Made by a program: the position numbers and the translations under genes. A stretch of DNA of 41,033 nucleotides, from contig JAHRVJ010000184.1 of assembly GCA_019090765.1 (NCBI GenBank), positions 1 through 41,033 of the forward strand, read 5' to 3'. This document shows positions 35,777-41,033 of this stretch, in pieces. The DNA comes from Ilumatobacteraceae bacterium. Lineage in GTDB: Bacteria; Actinomycetota; Acidimicrobiia; Acidimicrobiales; Ilumatobacteraceae. The notes beneath the pieces were generated by a model. The model was not told the DNA's origin. It did not search any database and worked only from the letters and a program-made list of their open reading frames with translations. Positions within the stretch are counted from its first letter, which is position 1. The number at the start of each line of letters is the position of its first letter.

Positions 35777-35806
35777 TAGTTTACAGTAGCACGCCGATGT
35801 AAACTA
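35777..35806. promoter_or_regulatory. box A, the perfect copy of the recurrent motif: TAGTTTACA-N12-TGTAAACTA
   Basis: The 9-bp arms are exact reverse complements. It lies in the 234-bp divergent region between the transporter operon and the amidohydrolase operon. TACAAT (35809..35814) follows immediately. Confidence 0.6.
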
Positions 35807-35818
35807 GGTACAATCAAT

Positions 35819-35844
35819 GCTGAGCCGACAACGGATTGCTCAGC
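35819..35844 (+). promoter_or_regulatory. inverted repeat GCTGAGC-N12-GCTCAGC in the probable 5' leader of the amidohydrolase operon
   Basis: Read directly: 7-bp perfect arms at 35819..35825 and 35838..35844. It could be an RNA hairpin or a second protein site. Confidence 0.3.
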
Positions 35845-35900
35845 GTCATCTTCGCCGGCAGGGGCACCGGGACTGGCGAGATATTGGAACAGGGGACTAG

Positions 35901-37112
35901 ATGACCACACCGTATTTGCTATTCGATTCGGACAACCATTACTACGAACCACGAGATGCATTCACGCGTCACATGGAAGAGCGCTATCAGGATCGCGCGA
36001 TCCGCGTGGTAACCGACGATCGTGATCGTGACCGAATTCTCATTGGTGACGAACCCTTCACATTCTTGACTCCGCTCTTCCAGGACGCGCCCGCACCGGG
36101 TGCTCTTGCAGAGCTGATGAGGGGCAAGCGCGCCGATACCGGTGAGCGGCCCCACTATGAGATGCAGCCCGAGTTCGTCAACCGGGATGCCCGACTCGCA
36201 GCGATGGATAGACAGGGCGTCGAGTCGGCGGTCATGCTGCCCACGCTCGGCGTCACAGTCGAACACCAGATGCGCCACGACCACGAGGGAACCTTCGCCA
36301 ACCTCAGAGCGTTCAATCGCTGGCTCGAAGAGGACTGGGGCTTCGCCTATGAGGATCGAATCTTCGGCGTCCCGCTCCTCTCTCTCGTCGACATCGACTT
36401 GGCCGTTGAAGAGCTCAAGCGCGTCATCGAGGCCGGAGCACGGATTGTTCACCTGCGGCCGACGCCAGTTGATGGGCGCAACATCGCCGATCCACATTTT
36501 GATCCGTTCTGGGCGCTCTGCAACGAAGCCCGGATCCCTGTTGCGTTTCACATCTGCGAAGCCGGTTACAACGAGCTGATGTCAACGCAGCTCGGTGAGC
36601 TGCCTAATCCTCGGTCTCACAAGCAGTCAGCTCTGCAGTGGGCGATGTTCTTCGGTGATCGACCGATTATGGACACGCTCGCCGCTCTCATCTATGCCGA
36701 CCTATTCGGCCGCTTCCCGAATCTGAAGGTGATGACCATCGAGAACGGATCTTCTTGGCTGCCCTATCTTCTGAAGCGGCTCGACAAGATGAAAGGGATG
36801 GGCCGATTCGGGCAATGGGTTGGCGGTCAGGCCCCAAAGGGACGCCCGAGTGAGATCTTCCGCGAGCACGTTGTCGTGTCGCCGTATTTCGAAGACGATC
36901 ACACTGAACTGATCGACCTGATCGGTGCTGACTCCATTGTGTTCGGCTCCGATTGGCCCCATCCGGAGGGGCTGGCCGAGCCGAGGAGTTACTTGGAAAG
37001 CCTTCCCGACTCGCTCTCGGCATCCGACACGCGCAAGATAATGCGCGACAATGGCCGCCGACTTGTCGGCCTCCCAATCGAGACCCCACCGATGTCGAGC
37101 TCCCCTCAGTGA
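35901..37112 (+). CDS. Amidohydro_2-family metal-dependent hydrolase (paralog 2)
   Basis: 403 aa. FDSDNHYYEPRDAFTRH and VFGSDWPHPEG motifs, colinear with the CDS at 3764..4954. Confidence 0.8.
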   Translation: MTTPYLLFDSDNHYYEPRDAFTRHMEERYQDRAIRVVTDDRDRDRILIGDEPFTFLTPLFQDAPAPGALAELMRGKRADTGERPHYEMQPEFVNRDARLAAMDRQGVESAVMLPTLGVTVEHQMRHDHEGTFANLRAFNRWLEEDWGFAYEDRIFGVPLLSLVDIDLAVEELKRVIEAGARIVHLRPTPVDGRNIADPHFDPFWALCNEARIPVAFHICEAGYNELMSTQLGELPNPRSHKQSALQWAMFFGDRPIMDTLAALIYADLFGRFPNLKVMTIENGSSWLPYLLKRLDKMKGMGRFGQWVGGQAPKGRPSEIFREHVVVSPYFEDDHTELIDLIGADSIVFGSDWPHPEGLAEPRSYLESLPDSLSASDTRKIMRDNGRRLVGLPIETPPMSSSPQ

Positions 37113-37915
37113 GCAACGATCTACCGGCCGAATACGATCTTCCTGAATCGATCGTCGTAACCAGCGACGGCCACGTCCGGATCGTGACCCTGAACCGTCC
37201 GGATCAACTCAACGCGATCGTCCCAGCTCTTCACGACGGATTGACGCACCTATGGCGACAACTTGCCGAAGATAACGATGCGCGGGCGGTCGTTCTCACC
37301 GGCGCCGGTCGAGCATTCAGCGCCGGAGGTGACCTCGATACCCTTCAGATCCAGATCGACGATGCCGACGCCCGTCGAGCGAGTATGCGCCAGGCCGGCG
37401 AACTTGTGCACGAGATCATCTCCTGCCCGCTTCCCATCGTGGCTGCCGTCAACGGCCCAGCAGTCGGGCTCGGTGCGACCATCGCCACGTGCTGTGACAT
37501 GGTCTATCTCGCCGAGTCTGCATTCCTTTCCGATCCGCACATTGCAATCGGGCTCGTGGCTGGCGATGGGGCAGTCGCTAGCTGGCCGCTGGCTGCCGGC
37601 CTACTCAGAGCCAAGGAGTACATCCTGACCGGAGACCGGATATCTGCCGAAGAGGCTTACCGTGTCGGGCTCGCCAATCGAGTCTTTCCGGCAGAAGAAT
37701 TGCTATCCGCGGCGCTTGCGACTGCGAAACGGCTGGCCGACCTACCTCCGTTTGCCGTGCAGCAAACCAAGCTGGCGCTCAACCAACACCTGGCAGCGGC
37801 CGTCGGGATCACGCTTCCCTTCGCCCTCGCCGCCCAGAGTGAGAGCTTCACGACACCCGACGTTGCCGCGGCGCTTGCAGCACTCAAGGCCAAGACGGAC
37901 AGACGAGACACGTAG
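37109..37915 (+). CDS. enoyl-CoA hydratase/isomerase (crotonase) family protein
   Basis: 268 aa from the GTG at 37109 (GTGA overlap with the amidohydrolase stop). LNRPDQLNAI and FSAGGDLD motifs. The track start at 36953 lies inside the upstream gene. Confidence 0.82.
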   Translation: MSNDLPAEYDLPESIVVTSDGHVRIVTLNRPDQLNAIVPALHDGLTHLWRQLAEDNDARAVVLTGAGRAFSAGGDLDTLQIQIDDADARRASMRQAGELVHEIISCPLPIVAAVNGPAVGLGATIATCCDMVYLAESAFLSDPHIAIGLVAGDGAVASWPLAAGLLRAKEYILTGDRISAEEAYRVGLANRVFPAEELLSAALATAKRLADLPPFAVQQTKLALNQHLAAAVGITLPFALAAQSESFTTPDVAAALAALKAKTDRRDT

Positions 37916-37952
37916 CCGAGCCACGCTCGATTACCGCGATCCCCACAAGACC

Positions 37953-37982
37953 TTCACCCACAACACCCTCACCCACAACGAC
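37953..37982 (+). repeat. two tandem 15-bp units (TTCACCCACAACACC / CTCACCCACAACGAC) in a CA-rich leader
   Basis: Read directly. 12 of 15 positions are identical, and CACCCACAAC is exact in both copies (37955..37964 and 37970..37979). Confidence 0.8.
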
Positions 37983-38008
37983 ATCACCGAAGCAACTGGA
38001 GCGAATAC

Positions 38009-39625
38009 GTGAGCAACAGATTGACCCTGGCAGGACTGGTAGACGAGCGCTGGAGCGCACTCGGAGAGAAGCCTTATGCGCTGTACGACGACGTCCCGGT
38101 CACTTGGGGGGACCTGCGCCGACGGAGCATCCGCGTCGCCAATGTTCTCAACGGACGGGGGCTCGAACCCGGCGATGTCGTCGGTATCTACCTCAACAAC
38201 TGTCCAGAGATCATGGACATTCTGGTCGCCGCGTCGAGGCTCGGAGTGCTCGCGGTCCCGATCAACACGGCCCAGGTGGGGGACTTCCTGTCCCACCAAG
38301 TGAACGAGGCAGGGTTCGAATTGGTGATTACCGAACCCGCTCTGTTTCCGCGTCTCGAACAGATCCAAGACGATGTGCCCGGTCTGCAAGACGTTCTGGT
38401 GGCTCGCGCGGAGGGGCTGGTTGATCTCCCAGGACTTCGGAGCCGATACAACGTCGCGGATGTATCGGTCCTGTATGAGGGCACGGAGTCTCATTTGGAG
38501 ACCGACCATCAACCAGATCCCGGAGACCCGCTCGCCATCTTGTTCACGTCTGGCACGACTGGCAAGTCCAAGGGCGTGGTGGTCTCGAACCACTATTTCG
38601 TCAACGGTGCACGGGTCATCGCTGAGAACAACGAGATGCTCAGAACCGACGTGTGGTATGGCGCTGTACCCCTGTTCCACTTCAGTGGTCTCCTCGGGGT
38701 GCTCGGTTGCGCGATGTGGGTGGGATGTACTGCGATCCTCGACAGTTGGTTCAGCCTCACGGGAACCTGGGATCAGGTTCGTAAGTACAACTGCACCGGC
38801 ATGATTCTGGTTGGCCCGATGCTGAACATGGTTTGGGATCTTCCGGAGGACCCCTCGGATGCAGACCTGCCGATCAGGGTTCTCGGCGCTGCCCCGATAC
38901 CTCCTGGGTGGATCGAGCCGATTCAGGAAAGGTACAACTGCAGGCTTGTCACGATGTACGGCATGACCGAGTGTTTCCCAATTTCTGTGCACAACCTCAA
39001 CGACGTGATGAAACCGGGCACTGCCGGAAAGCCCAACTCGTCATTCGACGTTCAGATCGTCGATGACCACGATCAAGCTGTCGCACCGGGCGAGGTGGGC
39101 GAGATCGTCGCCCGACCGAAAGAGCCGAATGTGATGTTCGAAGGGTATTTCAACCGTCCTGAGGAGACCCTCGAACGAATGCGCACCCTCTGGTTCCACA
39201 CTGGCGACTACGGCCGCATCGATGAGGATGGTTACGTCACTTTTGTTGACCGCAAGAAGGACGCCTTGCGCCGCCGCGGAGAGAACATGTCCTCCATGGA
39301 GGTGGAAGCTGCCCTGATCGGTCATCCGGCCATCGCCGACGCGGCGGTGGTGGCCGTCCCCAGCCCACTCGGGGAGGACGACGTAAAGGCATGCCTGGTC
39401 CGCACGGACGACAGCGTCACACACGAAGAGCTCATCCGGTATTGCGAGGAGCACATTCCGTTCTTCGCGATCCCTCGATACATCGAGTTTGTAGATCACT
39501 TGCCACGCAATGCAGTTGGCCGGGTACTCAAGTTCACACTTCGAGAAGAAGGTATCAACGACGCCACCTGGGACCGAGACGAAGCCGGCATCAAGATCAA
39601 GAAGTTGAAGCCGACTCGGCACTGA
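38009..39625 (+). CDS. AMP-dependent acyl-CoA synthetase/ligase
   Basis: 538 aa, GTG start with GGAG SD. P-loop LFTSGTTGKSKGVVV, YGMTE, and C-terminal FAIPRYIEFVDHLPRNAVGRVLK. Confidence 0.87.
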   Translation: MSNRLTLAGLVDERWSALGEKPYALYDDVPVTWGDLRRRSIRVANVLNGRGLEPGDVVGIYLNNCPEIMDILVAASRLGVLAVPINTAQVGDFLSHQVNEAGFELVITEPALFPRLEQIQDDVPGLQDVLVARAEGLVDLPGLRSRYNVADVSVLYEGTESHLETDHQPDPGDPLAILFTSGTTGKSKGVVVSNHYFVNGARVIAENNEMLRTDVWYGAVPLFHFSGLLGVLGCAMWVGCTAILDSWFSLTGTWDQVRKYNCTGMILVGPMLNMVWDLPEDPSDADLPIRVLGAAPIPPGWIEPIQERYNCRLVTMYGMTECFPISVHNLNDVMKPGTAGKPNSSFDVQIVDDHDQAVAPGEVGEIVARPKEPNVMFEGYFNRPEETLERMRTLWFHTGDYGRIDEDGYVTFVDRKKDALRRRGENMSSMEVEAALIGHPAIADAAVVAVPSPLGEDDVKACLVRTDDSVTHEELIRYCEEHIPFFAIPRYIEFVDHLPRNAVGRVLKFTLREEGINDATWDRDEAGIKIKKLKPTRH

Positions 39626-39632
39626 TTTTACA

Positions 39633-39664
39633 TACTTTACGAGTTCTGGATATTGTAACGTTAC
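39633..39664. promoter_or_regulatory. box E of the recurrent motif (TACTTTACG-N12-TGTAACGTT), overlapping the 10-bp palindrome GTAACGTTAC
   Basis: Lies in the 86-nt gap upstream of the Rieske oxygenase gene. An extra half-site-like TTTACA sits at 39627..39632. TATTGT (39651..39656) fits TANNNT. Confidence 0.45.
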
Positions 39665-39711
39665 GACTCGAGGGCGGCTCCGCCTTCGGCTAGCAAGAAA
39701 GACTTCACCAC

Positions 39712-40749
39712 ATGCCAAATGCTCTCAGTTCCCCTCAACATCCGTTTCCCCGAGGCTGGTTTCAAATCGGCCGATCGCACGAGTTGCTCGCTGGCGACGT
39801 GCGGGCAGTCAAGTACTTCGGCAAGGACCTCGTGCTGTTCCGTAACGAGAGTGGCGAAGTAGGTCTGTTGGACGCTCATTGCCAGCACCTCGGCGCCCAT
39901 CTCGGGGTAGGCGGCAAGGTCAACGGTGACTCTGTGCAGTGCCCCTGGCACGGATGGTGCTGGGACACCGAGGGTCGTAACACCGCAATCCCATACAGCG
40001 TCGAAGATTGCAAGCCGAACGTTCGGGTTGGAAATTGGCACGTCCGGGAGTGGTACGGAAACATTGTCACTTGGAACGATTGGGAGCCCGGCGGTGAGCC
40101 GTATTGGGAACCCCCGAAGATCCCTGAACTCGAAGGAGACGACTTCTACTCACTGCACAACGAGTACAGCGACCACCTCTGGAAAGTCAAGTGCCATCCT
40201 CAGATGCCGTTGGAGAACGCTGTTGATTTCGCTCACATCGAGTATGTCCATGGCCACACGGACCCGCCGGAACTGGTCGAGGTTCGCAGCAAAGACCACT
40301 GGATCCGTTTCGATGTCGCCGTCGAATACGGACGGGGCAAGAAGTCAACCTGGCTGACGCCTGGCGGGCCAGTGGAATCGATGATGGAGATCGAAGGTTT
40401 CGGAATCGGCTTCGGAACAGTTCGATTCCCTGGCATCTGGCCAACGGTGATGGTTACCAGCATCACCCCAATCGATGAGAACTACTCCGCTTACTATTTC
40501 CAGCAAGCATCGAAACGAGGCGAGGGCGAGACAGGTGACCTTCCCGAGGGAATGGCGAAGTCCATGATCGACCTCCAGGTCGGGGTTATCCCTCAGGACT
40601 TCCCGATCTGGGAGAACATGGAGTACCTGGAGAATCCGAACCCTGCACGCGAAGAAGGCAAGGACCTACTTCAACTGCGCAGCTGGTGTGCGCAGTTCTA
40701 CCCGCCGTCCGTCGGCGACATCCCGCCGGTCAACGCCTCTCGCGCCTGA
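39712..40749 (+). CDS. KshA-like Rieske [2Fe-2S] non-heme-iron oxygenase, terminal oxygenase subunit
   Basis: 345 aa. Rieske ligands CQHLGAHL...CPWHGWCW, mononuclear iron region ENAVDFAHIEYVHGH, N-terminal PRGWFQIG and C-terminal LRSWCAQFY. These parallel 3-ketosteroid 9-alpha-hydroxylase KshA as I recall it. Confidence 0.82.
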   Translation: MPNALSSPQHPFPRGWFQIGRSHELLAGDVRAVKYFGKDLVLFRNESGEVGLLDAHCQHLGAHLGVGGKVNGDSVQCPWHGWCWDTEGRNTAIPYSVEDCKPNVRVGNWHVREWYGNIVTWNDWEPGGEPYWEPPKIPELEGDDFYSLHNEYSDHLWKVKCHPQMPLENAVDFAHIEYVHGHTDPPELVEVRSKDHWIRFDVAVEYGRGKKSTWLTPGGPVESMMEIEGFGIGFGTVRFPGIWPTVMVTSITPIDENYSAYYFQQASKRGEGETGDLPEGMAKSMIDLQVGVIPQDFPIWENMEYLENPNPAREEGKDLLQLRSWCAQFYPPSVGDIPPVNASRA

Positions 40750-40773
40750 GGCGCACAGCGGGTTAATCGGGGC

Positions 40774-40815
40774 CAACGGCGGTCGGGGAGTAATGAGGTC
40801 TCCTCACCGCCGTTG
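40774..40815 (+). terminator. long imperfect hairpin 25 nt after the Rieske gene stop (terminator or RNA-stabilising stem, no U tract)
   Basis: CAACGGCGGT (40774..40783) pairs with ACCGCCGTTG (40806..40815). An inner GGGGAG/CUCCUC helix with one bulge and one G-U pair gives about 16 bp around a 9-nt loop. Confidence 0.45.
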
Positions 40816-41033
40816 CGCTGCCAGGTGAAGGCCCGGATCACCCGTAGGGATCGCCTGACACGTTCTCGGCACGCTCAAGCGGAGCATCATTTGGTGACAG
40901 AGCTGGCTTGTTTGCCAGTCCCTTGAGTCATTGTCCGGGTACTGGTACATGCTGTCGCACTGTCGACGGGAGGATTACTCTGGGGTGATCGCGCCCCGCC
41001 GACCTATTGGCCGTGTCCACTCCCGGCCGTCAG

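Noticed and set aside
35777-35806. Reading the TTTACA ... TGTAAA(g/c)T boxes as ordinary sigma-70-type -35/-10 promoter pairs.
   Set aside because: The gap between TTTACA and a TAAAGT-like hexamer would be only 14 nt, too short for a housekeeping promoter. The two arms are reverse complements, which fits a dimeric DNA-binding protein better. Parts of the boxes may still overlap real -10 elements.
39670-39687. Small hairpin GAGGGCG-GCTC-CGCCTTC between the ligase and the Rieske gene, as a possible terminator.
   Set aside because: It has only 7 bp including a G-U pair, has no U tract, and lies downstream of box E inside the probable Rieske leader. Too weak to call.
40793-40828. 11-codon mini-ORF (ATG at 40793 preceded by GGGGAG) inside the terminal hairpin.
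   Set aside because: Both the SD-like sequence and the ORF are parts of the hairpin stem and loop. There is no supporting evidence, and it is most simply explained by the RNA structure.
1-41033. Search for mobile elements, CRISPR arrays, tRNA/rRNA genes, and long direct or terminal inverted repeats.
   Set aside because: I saw no transposase, integrase or recombinase-like ORF, no regularly spaced repeats, and no tRNA-like or rRNA-like stretches. The only repeats are the short leader repeats and the operator-like boxes reported above. A manual scan cannot exclude short or degenerate elements.

Overview
GC-rich, densely coding (35 CDS, roughly 90% coding) chromosomal segment with actinobacterial-type gene organisation: frequent GTG/TTG starts, ATGA/GTGA start-stop overlaps, and a lipoprotein signal on the binding protein. 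I found no rRNA, tRNA, CRISPR array, transposase or integrase. The left 7 kb holds a small membrane protein, a luciferase-like oxidoreductase with a WYL/YafY regulator, an epoxide-hydrolase-like alpha/beta hydrolase, an Amidohydro_2 protein coupled to a TesB-like thioesterase, and a double-domain TetR. The rest (about 7.4-40.7 kb) is a lipid/steroid-like CoA-dependent catabolic island. It encodes 4 AMP-forming acyl-CoA ligases, 6 acyl-CoA dehydrogenases (two pairs look like alpha/beta heteromers), 3 crotonases, a split MaoC pair plus a fused double hotdog protein, and an alpha-methylacyl-CoA racemase. It also encodes an NMO-family reductase-like protein, an SDR, a P450, a KshA-like Rieske oxygenase, a second Amidohydro_2 protein, a TetR, and a Liv-type ABC importer whose two permeases and one ATPase are fused into one 897-aa protein. 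Main hunt results follow. (1) A 30-bp inverted-repeat box, TTTAC(A/G)-N12-TGTAA(A/C), occurs six times, always in intergenic DNA and always with a 12-nt spacer; it looks like the operator of a cluster-wide regulon and differs from the KstR and KstR2 boxes. (2) A translationally coupled pair of M24 (creatinase/prolidase-fold) proteins lies divergent from the P450. The first keeps the metal ligands and the second appears to have lost most of them. (3) The Liv transporter is fused and sits in one apparent operon with the TetR and a hotdog protein. (4) CA-rich leaders of about 90 nt sharing CCACAAC precede all three plus-strand CoA-ligase genes. (5) No thiolase or aldolase and no redox partner for either oxygenase is present in 41 kb. 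All functional calls come from motifs read in the supplied translations; no database search was run.
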